Origin: an uncultured Desulfatitalea sp.
GTDB taxonomy: Bacteria > Desulfobacterota > Desulfobacteria > Desulfobacterales > Desulfosarcinaceae
Assembly (NCBI GenBank): GCA_963668675.2
Contig: CAXXMB010000001.1
Location: 544,001 to 608,000 of the forward strand
Reading direction: 5' to 3'
Length of the DNA: 64,000 nt
Shown here: positions 1-11,120 of the stretch, piece after piece
Layout of the letters: every line of letters starts with the position of its first letter
Position numbering within the stretch: the stretch's first letter is position 1
Notes under the pieces: model-generated
What the model was told of the DNA's origin: nothing
What the model saw: only the letters and a program-made list of their open reading frames with translations
The model's database searches: none
Program-made: the position numbers and the translations under genes

Positions 1-215
1 TGGCTGTCGCCGCATCCGCGGTGGTCGAAGCGGAAGTAGGCGATGCCGAGTTGGTTGAGGGCTTCGGCCAGGGCGATCTGTTTGGGGGAGTTGCGGTTGG
101 CCAGGAGGCCGTGGCAGCCGATGACGAATGGGGGCTGCGGGGTGTTGGGGAGATGCAGGGTGCCGGTGAGCTGGATGTTGTCGGCGGTGAAGTGGATGTC
201 GCGTTGGGTTGGCAT
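1..215 (-). CDS. Alpha/beta hydrolase, N-terminal part (runs off window start)
   Basis: Manual translation from ATG at 215: MPTQRDIHFTADNIQLTGTLHLPNTPQPPFVIGCHGLLANRNSPKQIALAEALNQLGIAYFRFDHRGCGDS; HG oxyanion motif and RFDxRGCGDS are typical of the family. Not in the ORF track. Confidence 0.85.
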   Translation of the reverse strand, partial: MPTQRDIHFTADNIQLTGTLHLPNTPQPPFVIGCHGLLANRNSPKQIALAEALNQLGIAYFRFDHRGCGDS

Positions 216-322
216 GGTGATACCTTGTTGATATTTTGGTCGTATGATTAGTTACTTATGGCCAGTTTTTATCCGAATAAGTTCTTATTTGTGTTAGGGA
301 TAGCTGATCGAGAGTATACTCC

Positions 323-503
323 GGTGCAGGGTGCAAAGGGGCCTGTCTGACACGCTCCGTGGTCCAAGTGCTGCTAAGACGCGCTACGGGCGGCTCGCAA
401 ACTCGCTTTGCTCAAACAGTGCGAGCCGCTGTTCCTCCGCTGCATCTAAGCATCACTAAGACCACTGCGCTGACGTCAGACAGGCCCCTTTGCACCCTGC
501 ACC
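323..503. repeat. 181-bp palindromic MITE-like element
   Basis: Perfect 29-bp terminal inverted repeats at 323-351 and 475-503, with nested inner IRs (GTGGTC/GACCAC, CGGCTCGC/GCGAGCCG); no convincing coding capacity. Confidence 0.75.
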
Positions 504-621
504 TCTTAAGTATTGAATCGAATGGCTTTAATTGCTTTATCCATAAAAGTGTTGATTTAGCTAAAAACCAGGTTCTAGAAACACAAAAATTTAGATTTTA
601 GAATAGAGAGATTGATATAGC

Positions 622-2010
622 ATGGCGGTTAAAAAGGGACAACAGGTCGAGTTGGAGGTGAGTGGGATTGCCTTTGGTGGTAAGGGGCTGGCGCGCCTCG
701 ATGGGATGGCTGTTTTTGTGGATCAGGCCATTGCCGGGGATCGTGTGATGGGGCTGATTACCAAGAAGAAGAAGAGTTATGCGCAGGCGCGGGTTGTTGA
801 GCTGTTGGCGCCATCGCCGTTTCGGATTGAGGCGCCGTGTCCCTACAGTGGTATTTGTGGGGGGTGCAAGTGGCAGTTTATGGCTTACGAGCAGCAGCTG
901 CTGTTCAAGCGGCAGCATGTTCAGGAGGCGTTTGAGCATATAGCGTTGATGCAGGATGTGGTGGTGAGGCCGACGTTGGCGGCGGATCGGGTGTTTGGTT
1001 ATCGCAACAAGATGGAGTTTTCGTGTGCCGAGCGGCGATGGCTGCTGCCGGAGGAGATGGGCTGTGAGGATGTCGAGGCCGGGATTGGGTTGGGGTTGCA
1101 TGTTCCGGGGGGGTTTCAAAAGGTGTTGGATATCGAGGCGTGCCTGCTGCAGCCGGACGTGGGCAATCGGATTCTGGGCGATGTTCGGGAGTATATCAAG
1201 GCGTCGCCGATGCCGGTGTATGGTTTGAAGAGCCATGAGGGGTTTTGGCGGTTTTTGGTGTTGCGGCATTCGGTGGCGTACGATCAGTGGATGGTCAATG
1301 TGGTGACGGCGGCGGAGGCGCGGGATGAGGTGCAGCCATTGGCCGATGCGCTGGTGGAGAGATATCCCAATGTCGTTTCGGTGGTGAACAGTATAACCAG
1401 CCGCAAGGCTGGTGTGGCGGTGGGGGAGTACGAGGTGCTGCTGAAGGGTAGGCCGGCGATGTTGGAGCGGATTGGGCCGTTCGAGTATGAGCTTTCGGCC
1501 AACTCTTTTTTTCAGACCAATACGCTGGGGGCCGAGCGGCTGTATGATACGGTTAAGCGGTATGCGGGGCTGGGCGGTGATGAGGTTGTGCTGGATCTTT
1601 ATTGCGGGACCGGGACGATCGCTATCTATTTGGCGGGAGAGGCCAGGGAGGTGGTCGGGATGGAGGTGGTGGCGAGTGCGGTTGAGGATGCCCGTCGCAA
1701 CTGTGATCGCAATGGGGTTGGCAATTGCCGTTTCGTGCTGGGGGATATCCGCAAGACGTTGCCGGATCTGCGGGTCGAACCTGATGTTTTGATTATTGAC
1801 CCCCCAAGGGCTGGTATGCATGAGGACGTACTGAAACAGGTGATGTTATTGGGGCCGGGGAGGATTGTTTATGTGTCGTGTAATCCGGCGACGATGGCGA
1901 GGGATATGCTGGTTTTGAAGGAGGCCTATCGGGTGGTGGAGGTGCAGCCGGTGGATATGTTTCCGCATACGTTTCATATTGAGGCGGTGGCGAAGTTGGA
2001 GAAGTTTTAG
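622..2010 (+). CDS. rlmD: 23S rRNA (uracil1939-C5)-methyltransferase RlmD
   Basis: N-terminal TRAM domain, Fe-S motif CPYSGICGGC, SFFQTN, DLYCGTG, DPPRAG, YVSCNP, DMFPHT. Confidence 0.95.
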   Translation: MAVKKGQQVELEVSGIAFGGKGLARLDGMAVFVDQAIAGDRVMGLITKKKKSYAQARVVELLAPSPFRIEAPCPYSGICGGCKWQFMAYEQQLLFKRQHVQEAFEHIALMQDVVVRPTLAADRVFGYRNKMEFSCAERRWLLPEEMGCEDVEAGIGLGLHVPGGFQKVLDIEACLLQPDVGNRILGDVREYIKASPMPVYGLKSHEGFWRFLVLRHSVAYDQWMVNVVTAAEARDEVQPLADALVERYPNVVSVVNSITSRKAGVAVGEYEVLLKGRPAMLERIGPFEYELSANSFFQTNTLGAERLYDTVKRYAGLGGDEVVLDLYCGTGTIAIYLAGEAREVVGMEVVASAVEDARRNCDRNGVGNCRFVLGDIRKTLPDLRVEPDVLIIDPPRAGMHEDVLKQVMLLGPGRIVYVSCNPATMARDMLVLKEAYRVVEVQPVDMFPHTFHIEAVAKLEKF

Positions 2011-2035
2011 GGTTGGTTGGGTTGGTTGTGGTTGG

Positions 2036-2454
2036 TTAGGTGCACTTTGCGAGGATGGTTTGGATGAATGTGGTTAAATCATTTATGTCATTATTGATAA
2101 TATGGTGTACATGCTCGAGGTTCAATTTTGCCTATTCATGAACGATTAGATTTCTGAAACCCACAGCCTTAACAAGTTTTTCTGTTAGTTCTTTTTCGAA
2201 GTACCCGTTCTCCTCCAGGATATAAAACATCTCGTTGTAGCTTGCAGGTACTCCAAGGCCTTGTTCGCTAAAGATATGGGCTGCGAGGTCGATGCAATTC
2301 TGCACTGTGCCATTTGTATGTTGAATAGTGCGACATCTTGGCTGTCCGCATCGCCTAAGAAGGAATTGCAATCTATCGCGGCCTTCTCTTTTAGCCGCCG
2401 AAGGTGTTTTGTAACAGCACTGGCTTTGGCGAGAATGATTTGACTATCGACCAT
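2036..2454 (-). pseudogene. HepT (HEPN/DUF86) toxin pseudogene
   Basis: Starts MVDSQIILAK at 2454, overlapping the mntA end. A 2-bp CA insertion near 2305-2308 shifts ...QMA|VQNCIDLAAH. The Rx4H motif RNLIVHE is followed by TAG (2132-2134) where Tyr is expected, and the frame continues AKLNLEHVHHII...KCT* to 2036. Confidence 0.85.
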
Positions 2455-2872
2455 GTTCGGCCTGCAATATTTTTCTTGTGAAGCAATTTTCAAGCTGGGT
2501 TCTGTAATAACCAAAATCTGCAATTTTGGAAAAAGCGGTCATTTTAAATTCAGCTAGATGCTTTGGGTTGTTCACTAGGATGCAACTGCCTTTTGCAAAT
2601 ATCTGGAATAGGAGCCTCTCACTGGCTGAGTTCATTACGGTGAGATCAACATCTTTTCGTAACAGGCGGGATAGGGGGGGAATTAGTTCTTCGAAGTGAT
2701 TCCTTTGTTCTATGTTGCTGGAAGATGAGAATAAAATGCCCAAGTCAATGTCGCTAAACGGGCGTTGCTGCCCATGGGCATAAGAACCAAACAGGTAAAC
2801 TGCGGATATCTCTTTCTTATTTGAAAGATATTCTGCTATCGCTTTTTTGATTTGGCTTGGATTTGTTTTCAT
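2444..2872 (-). CDS. MntA-family minimal nucleotidyltransferase antitoxin
   Basis: GS-x10-DxD motif (GSYAHGQQRPFSDID) and DVDL; upstream of a HEPN gene. Start could be GTG 2890. Confidence 0.9.
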   Translation of the reverse strand: MKTNPSQIKKAIAEYLSNKKEISAVYLFGSYAHGQQRPFSDIDLGILFSSSSNIEQRNHFEELIPPLSRLLRKDVDLTVMNSASERLLFQIFAKGSCILVNNPKHLAEFKMTAFSKIADFGYYRTQLENCFTRKILQAEHGR

Positions 2873-2943
2873 TCTTGTGTAATGTTGCACTCTTTGGTTT
2901 GAGTTGGTAAAATACTAATATTTTATGGTTTATTTGTCAAATA

Positions 2944-3012
2944 GTTGAGTTTTTGAGTTGATCGGGTTTGTTGAGTTTGTTGAGTTTGTTGGGTTCGTTG
3001 GGTTCGTTGGGT
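2944..3012. repeat. GT-rich 9-bp tandem repeat
   Basis: Five units of GTTYGTTGR at 2966-3010 plus degenerate units upstream; similar GGTT-rich tracts at 2011-2038 and 4752-4790. Confidence 0.75.
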
Positions 3013-3024
3013 ATTGGAGGAAGT

Positions 3025-4752
3025 ATGACTTTTGATGCTATTGAGCCTCATGGTGGGGTTTTGAGGGATTTGTTGGTGGATGGTGAGCGGGCGGAGGTGC
3101 TTAAGGGTGTTTCCATGAATCTTGCGGATATTACGCTTGGGGATCACCATCTTTGCGATTTGGAGTTGATTGCGACCGGGGCTTTTTCGCCGCTGGAAGG
3201 GTTTATGGTGCGGGCGGATTATGAATCGGTGCTGGATCGCATGCGGTTGCAGGATGATACGTTGTGGCCGGTGCCGGTTTGTCTGGATGTGAGCGAGACC
3301 AAGGCGCGGCAGCTCGAGGCGGGGCAGTCGGTGGCGCTGCGGGATCCGGAGGGGTTTCTGCTGGCTGTTTTGCATGTGGAAGATATCTGGCCCATCGACA
3401 AGGAGAAGGAGATTCGGCTGGTCTATCGTGGCGATGGGGGGGGCGATGGGGAGGATAATCCCGGCGTCCAGCATCTCAAGCTGCAGACGAAGGATTTCTA
3501 TGTGGGGGGCAAGATTGAGGTGATCAGTCTGCCCTTGCATTATGATTTCAGGTCGCTGCGCAAGACGCCCGACGAGGTGCGCGCTGAATATCAAAAGCTG
3601 GGATGGCAGCGCGTGGTGGGGTATCAGACCAGTACGGTGATTCATCGCTGCCAGTTCGAGGTGACGCTGGAGGCGATGCGGCAGGCCAAGGCCAATTTGC
3701 TTTTGCTGCCCACTGTGGGGGTGGCCAGAAGGGAAGACTTTGACTACTATACGCGGGTTCGATGCTACAAAGAGGTGATTCGGCACTATCCGCCGGAGAC
3801 GGTGGTGCAGTCTCTGCTGCCTCAGTTGGTGCGCTTTGCCGGCGCCCGGGAGGCGGTGCTGAATGCCATTGTGGCCAAGAATTATGGATGTACGCATTAT
3901 CTTCTATATCCGGAGGGAGGGAATTCGGACAGCGACTGCAATTCGGTGTGCACGCAGTTGATTGGTGATGATGGGCAGAAGATCGTTACCGCCTGCAGTG
4001 AGGAGTTGGGCATAGAGGTGATGCCGTTCGATGAGATGGTCTATCTGCCGTTTGAAGATCAGCATCGATTCGTACACCAGGTGGAAGAGGGGACGAAAAC
4101 GATCTCCATGGATGGCGGTGAAATTCGCCGCCGCATCAGATCCGGCAGGATTGTTCCGGGGTGGGCGTCGTTTCCAGAGGTGTTGGAAGAGCTGCGCAAG
4201 GCCTATCCTGCGCCTGCCGGGCAGGGGTTTACGATATTTTTGACTGGTCTGTCCGGGGCCGGAAAGTCGACGATTGCCAAGGTGCTCTTTTCCAAGATGC
4301 TGGAGATGGGAGAGCGGCCTGTGACGCTGCTGGATGGGGATATTGTGAGGCAGAACCTGTCGAGCGAGCTCTCTTTTTCCAAGGAGCACCGCGATATCAA
4401 TGTGCGCCGCATCGGTTTTGTGGCCAGTGAGATTACCAAGAACAGGGGGATTGCCATCTGCGCGCCGATTGCGCCATATGAGCATACGCGTTCGGAGATC
4501 CGGGCATCCATCGAGGCGCATGGCGGATTTATCGAGGTTCATGTGGCCACGCCGTTGGAGGAGTGCGAGCGGAGAGATCGCAAAGGGATGTATGCCAAGG
4601 CCAGGGCTGGGTTGATTAAGGGGTATACGGGGATCGACGATCCTTACGAGGTGCCGGCTACTCCTGAATTGCGGATCGATACCTCCAGCTTGACGCCGGA
4701 TGAGGCGGCGCATGAGGTGCTGCTCTATTTGGGGCAGGGGGGGTTTATTTAG
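3025..4752 (+). CDS. cysC: Sulfate adenylyltransferase / adenylylsulfate kinase fusion (sulfurylase domain degenerate)
   Basis: GGAGG RBS before ATG 3025; PHGG, GAFSPLEGFM and WPVPV sulfurylase-like N-terminus; APS kinase motifs GLSGAGKST, LDGD, CERRDRKGMY, TGIDDPYE. Confidence 0.9.
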   Translation: MTFDAIEPHGGVLRDLLVDGERAEVLKGVSMNLADITLGDHHLCDLELIATGAFSPLEGFMVRADYESVLDRMRLQDDTLWPVPVCLDVSETKARQLEAGQSVALRDPEGFLLAVLHVEDIWPIDKEKEIRLVYRGDGGGDGEDNPGVQHLKLQTKDFYVGGKIEVISLPLHYDFRSLRKTPDEVRAEYQKLGWQRVVGYQTSTVIHRCQFEVTLEAMRQAKANLLLLPTVGVARREDFDYYTRVRCYKEVIRHYPPETVVQSLLPQLVRFAGAREAVLNAIVAKNYGCTHYLLYPEGGNSDSDCNSVCTQLIGDDGQKIVTACSEELGIEVMPFDEMVYLPFEDQHRFVHQVEEGTKTISMDGGEIRRRIRSGRIVPGWASFPEVLEELRKAYPAPAGQGFTIFLTGLSGAGKSTIAKVLFSKMLEMGERPVTLLDGDIVRQNLSSELSFSKEHRDINVRRIGFVASEITKNRGIAICAPIAPYEHTRSEIRASIEAHGGFIEVHVATPLEECERRDRKGMYAKARAGLIKGYTGIDDPYEVPATPELRIDTSSLTPDEAAHEVLLYLGQGGFI

Positions 4753-4794
4753 TTTGTTGGGTTGGTTGGGTTATGGGGTTTGTTGGGTTGACGA

Positions 4795-4930
4795 TTAAGT
4801 CAGGTATTTTTGTGTCATGATGGCTTAGAAGTGTTCGATGTCCTTTAGGTCGTTTTTTATGAATTCGAGTATGTAGATATCGTCGATTTCACCATCTTAA
4901 CTTTATTGTTATTTTATCTTGCGATACCAT
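4795..4930 (-). pseudogene. HepT toxin remnant with large internal deletion
   Basis: ATG at 4930 overlaps the mntA end: MVSQDKITIKLR is joined out of frame to a C-terminal DUF86-like segment GEIDDIYILEFIKNDLKDIEHF*AIMTQKYLT*. The Rx4H core is absent. Confidence 0.65.
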
Positions 4931-5357
4931 TGTTTGCCGCCGCTATCAGGTTTTTACGATAAATGCTTTTGTGGTACTGTACAATGTGCAGAAAATCAAA
5001 ATAGGCCATTCTGGATTGTGTTTCGTATTCTACGCGCTTTGCTTCATCACGGGAATATATCAGATGACCATGTTGTAAGATGTCCCCAACTACGGTCAAG
5101 GGTAGATTGTTTATGATACGTATTTCGGTCGAGTATCTGTGATTCAACCGTTCATCGAGTCTAAGGGAGAGGGAAAGCTCCAGATTCAGATCGGCGCATC
5201 GCTGCTCTGCCGATTTTACAAAAACGGCAATATCCACGTCGCTGAATGGGTGTGTTTGGCCCTTGGCATGGCTGCCATATAGGTATGCAAACAGGACCGG
5301 CGATTCGCTAAATACCTCGGGCGTGATTGTTATCAGTTGTTGTTTAAGGCCGTTCAT
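4914..5357 (-). CDS. MntA-family minimal nucleotidyltransferase antitoxin (second, divergent copy)
   Basis: GS-x10-DxD motif (GSHAKGQTHPFSDVD); C-terminal G-x-LIYSRDEAKRVEYE...YFDF typical of the family. Confidence 0.9.
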   Translation of the reverse strand: MNGLKQQLITITPEVFSESPVLFAYLYGSHAKGQTHPFSDVDIAVFVKSAEQRCADLNLELSLSLRLDERLNHRYSTEIRIINNLPLTVVGDILQHGHLIYSRDEAKRVEYETQSRMAYFDFLHIVQYHKSIYRKNLIAAANNGIAR

Positions 5358-5524
5358 GGCGTCCTGAATTTTGGTGATTATTATGTTTTCTTATATCGTA
5401 TTGGTTATCTATATGCTTTTATTCAGGATAGTTCAACCCCAGGTGGTTACAAGCCATCTCAAAAAAGTCTTTTGGCCCAAACGCTTTGTTGGAGGCAAAT
5501 GTTAAATCCTCGAAATACTGGAGT

Positions 5525-5683
5525 ATGTCTCCGGTTAACTTAAGGCGCCCTCGTTAATGATGCGGGCGGGGATAAACCCCGCCCCTACACAGTTGGCGTA
5601 TGACGACAATTCTTATTTAGCATGAATTTTTCGTAGGGGCGGGCTTTATGCCCGCCTGCTGTGGCCGCTTAAGTCAATGATAT
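5525..5683. repeat. GTAG-type REP doublet (REPIN-like element)
   Basis: Inverted pair GGGCGGGGATAAACCCCGCCCCTAC / GTAGGGGCGGGCTTTATGCCCGCC with outer CTTAAG-containing flanks; homologous to 7590-7744 in opposite orientation. Confidence 0.8.
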
Positions 5684-5712
5684 TCGGTTTCAGATTATAA
5701 AGGGGTAATTTC

Positions 5713-6555
5713 ATGATGTACTTGGTTCATCTTGTTGATGCGATAGATGCGGCTGTTGAGGCGGGAAAGGCTGTTTTAGAGGTGTATGGGACGGATTTTG
5801 GTGTTGAGACCAAAGCGGACAATTCGCCTTTGACGGTTGCCGATATGCGGTCGCATGAGATTATAAAGGAACGTCTGGAGCGGCATGGGATTCCTGCGAT
5901 CAGTGAAGAGGGGCGGCATGTGGCTTGGGAGACGCGTCGGGATTGGTTTTTGATGTGGGTTGTGGATCCGCTGGACGGGACCAAGGAGTTCGTAAAGAGA
6001 AATGGGGAGTTTACTGTCAATATTGCGCTGGTTGAGGGGCAGCGACCGGTGATGGGTATCGTTTATGCTCCGGTGTTGGATCGACTCTATTTTGGTTCGG
6101 TAGAGATCGGGTCTTACAAGTTGGAAAGTGCTCAAGATTCGGACTATTTTAAAAAGAGTATAGAGAGTCCTGAAGATCGTTATAGGTTGTTAGTGTCTTC
6201 GGCAGTGAAGCTTCCGGCTGAGATGGATGTACAGCGACCGTATACAGTGGTGGGTAGCCGGTCCCACGCCACGCCCGATTTGACGCGTTTTGTGGATCAG
6301 AAGAGGGAAGAGAAGGGAGAGGTCGATTTTGTGCCGGCCGGCAGTTCCCTCAAGATTTGTCTGGTTGCCGAAGGCGCAGCCGATGTCTATCCGCGTTTAG
6401 GCCCGACCATGGAGTGGGATACCGCTGCAGGGCAGGCAGTAGCAGAATGTTCAGGTGCTAGGGTTTTCAATTATGAGGACGGATCACCCCTGGAATATAA
6501 CAAACAGGATTTGCTGAATCCATGGTTCGTGGTGGAAAGAGAAGGGACGTCTTAA
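5713..6555 (+). CDS. cysQ: 3'(2'),5'-bisphosphate nucleotidase CysQ
   Basis: SPLTVAD, ISEEG, VDPLDGTKEF, SRSH, GSSLK, TMEWDTAAG motifs. Confidence 0.95.
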   Translation: MMYLVHLVDAIDAAVEAGKAVLEVYGTDFGVETKADNSPLTVADMRSHEIIKERLERHGIPAISEEGRHVAWETRRDWFLMWVVDPLDGTKEFVKRNGEFTVNIALVEGQRPVMGIVYAPVLDRLYFGSVEIGSYKLESAQDSDYFKKSIESPEDRYRLLVSSAVKLPAEMDVQRPYTVVGSRSHATPDLTRFVDQKREEKGEVDFVPAGSSLKICLVAEGAADVYPRLGPTMEWDTAAGQAVAECSGARVFNYEDGSPLEYNKQDLLNPWFVVEREGTS

Positions 6556-7538
6556 TGAAACTTGGTGGTGAGTCGGTGCTTGTTGTTGGTGGGGCTGGGT
6601 ATATCGGTAGCCATATGGTCAGGCTTTTGCTTGATGAGGGGTATGGCGTTATTGTTCTCGACAATCTTTCTACTGGTGACCGTCGCCTGGTGTCCGGCGT
6701 CAATTTGGTTCAAGGAAATCTGGGAGATGCGGGGGTGCTCGATCAGATTTTCCAGCAGAATCGAATCAATACGGTGATGCATTTTGCCGCTTTCTCAATT
6801 GTTGGCGAGTCTGTTCAGCTTCCGCTTAAGTACTATGAAAATAATGTGGCTGAGACCATCAGTCTGATCGATGCTATGATTCGCCACGATGTGAGCCGCT
6901 TCATCTTTTCATCTACTGCTGCCGTGTATGGCGAGCCTCAGCATGTACCCATTGACGAGAATCACCTGTGCCGGCCAACCAATCCTTACGGCAACACCAA
7001 GCTAAGTGTCGAACGGATGCTTTCGGATTGTGATGCTGCCCATGGCATCCGATCGATCTGCTTAAGATACTTCAATGCCGCCGGGGCGCATCCATCCGGA
7101 ACAATAGGAGAGATGCATGATCCGGAAACACACTTGATCCCTTTAATCCTAAAGAATGCGCTGGTATCTGCACCGATCAAGATATTTGGTACCGACTATC
7201 CCACCGATGATGGGACATGTGTTCGCGACTATGTTCATGTGTGTGACCTTGCGCGAGCGCACCTTTTGGCACTGAGAGCTCTAAATGATGGATATCCTTC
7301 TGCGGTTTTTAACCTTGGCAATAGCGTGGGCCATTCGGTGAGACAGGTTATCGACGTGGCGCGAGCGGTGACTGGAAAAGCCGTTGAGACAGTCGAGTGC
7401 GGTCGCCGCGCGGGAGACCCTGCCGTTCTGGTGGCATCTTCGGATAAAATCAGGAGAGAGCTGAATTGGGTTCCTGAGTTTGAGGATTTGGAGGCAATGA
7501 TCGCATCGGCCTGGAAGTGGCATAGTAGAGAAGGATAG
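6555..7538 (+). CDS. galE: UDP-glucose 4-epimerase
   Basis: GGAGYIGSH, HFAA, FSSTAAVYG, YGNTK, LRYFNAAGA, DGTCVRDYVHV; TAATG overlap with the cysQ stop. Confidence 0.95.
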   Translation: MKLGGESVLVVGGAGYIGSHMVRLLLDEGYGVIVLDNLSTGDRRLVSGVNLVQGNLGDAGVLDQIFQQNRINTVMHFAAFSIVGESVQLPLKYYENNVAETISLIDAMIRHDVSRFIFSSTAAVYGEPQHVPIDENHLCRPTNPYGNTKLSVERMLSDCDAAHGIRSICLRYFNAAGAHPSGTIGEMHDPETHLIPLILKNALVSAPIKIFGTDYPTDDGTCVRDYVHVCDLARAHLLALRALNDGYPSAVFNLGNSVGHSVRQVIDVARAVTGKAVETVECGRRAGDPAVLVASSDKIRRELNWVPEFEDLEAMIASAWKWHSREG

Positions 7539-7589
7539 GTGGGGAGGTGTATTGAGCTTTTTGAGATCATAATATTTTAAATTGCAATC

Positions 7590-7744
7590 AATGTCAGCAG
7601 CTTAAGCGGATGTAACGGGCGGGCATAAAGCCCGCCCCTACGACGTTTGAGTAGAAACACATTCTGTTACCCTACACGAACCGTGTAGGGGCGGGCTTTA
7701 TGCCCGCCCGGATCGGTAGCGCAAGTGCCTTAAGTTAATGACAT
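7590..7744. repeat. GTAG-type REP doublet (REPIN-like element)
   Basis: Perfect 26-bp IR CGGGCGGGCATAAAGCCCGCCCCTAC / GTAGGGGCGGGCTTTATGCCCGCCCG; outer IR ATGTCA..CTTAAG / CTTAAG..TGACAT. Confidence 0.8.
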
Positions 7745-7846
7745 AGAATTGCATATACATAGTACCTTCTGTATCCCGGCGTTCGCCGGGATGACAAAAG
7801 AACGATTATCGCAATAAACCAAAACATTTAAAAACTCAAAGAGCAA

Positions 7847-7890
7847 GAACAAGGCCCATCGACCATCACAGTCGACTGGGCCTTGTTTGT
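7847..7890 (-). terminator. Probable intrinsic terminator of acnA (possibly bidirectional)
   Basis: Stem AACAAGGCCCA-TCGAC ... GTCGAC-TGGGCCTTGTT about 15 nt past the acnA stop. Confidence 0.65.
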
Positions 7891-7905
7891 TATTGAGCTG
7901 AAATT

Positions 7906-10650
<2,745 letters not shown>

Positions 10651-11021
10651 GCGGCTCCCTCTTGGTATAAATGGGTGTCAAAGGTGCGATGGTTACAAGG
10701 TATTGGGCCATCTGGTTGGATCCCCGGCGCGATGCCGACAATGCATCAGAATACAACAAACCGACCGAAAAATGCAAGTAATGGATATTGTGCTGTTTTT
10801 TATTTATCGGGCAAAGAGAGCAGGCTCGCTCTCCAAGCGAATGCACTAACAATAGCGCAAAATCTTAAATCGGCAAGGGGGAGGGGGTTTTGGGATTTGC
10901 TGCCGATTTATCAAATTAGGTGCAATATGAAAATTGAAGTTGCGATTTGCACCCTGCGGGCCCCGCCCTTCCGGTTCGGAGGGGGAGAGTTTGGGTAATC
11001 AGGTTTCCCCACCCCTATGGT

Positions 11022-11120
11022 CGGTTCCTGGATGCCGGATCAAGTCCGGCATGACGTATTTGTGTGTTTGATTGCCGATTTAATACTACGCGTCGTAGGG
11101 GCGGGGTTTATCCCCGCCCG
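11022..11120. repeat. Composite repeat: half of a GTCA-type element plus a single GTAG REP
   Basis: GGTTCCTGGATGCCGGATCAAGTCCGGCATGACG...ATTGCCGATTTAATA matches the right half of the 53458/54149 elements; GTAGGGGCGGGGTTTATCCCCGCCCG at 11095-11120. Confidence 0.75.

Noticed and set aside
598..1821. 407-aa minus-strand ORF and other long antisense ORFs (e.g. 8722-10128, 12053-12991, 34166-35158, 42748-43641, 49216-50208)
   Set aside because: Shadow frames of well-supported genes, with no motifs.
2296..2315. Programmed frameshift rescuing HepT
   Set aside because: No slippery sequence; it looks like a CA duplication and there is an independent in-frame stop downstream.
2944..3012. CRISPR array
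   Set aside because: 9-bp tandem units without spacers; no cas genes; the REP families are dispersed, not regularly spaced.
2968..3024. N-terminal extension of Sat-CysC (MLSLLSLLGSLG)
   Set aside because: Translation of the tandem repeat; the RBS and family N-terminus support ATG 3025.
2923..3897. 324-aa minus-strand ORF with a QQT-repeat tail
   Set aside because: Antisense shadow of sat-cysC; the tail is just the translated simple repeat.
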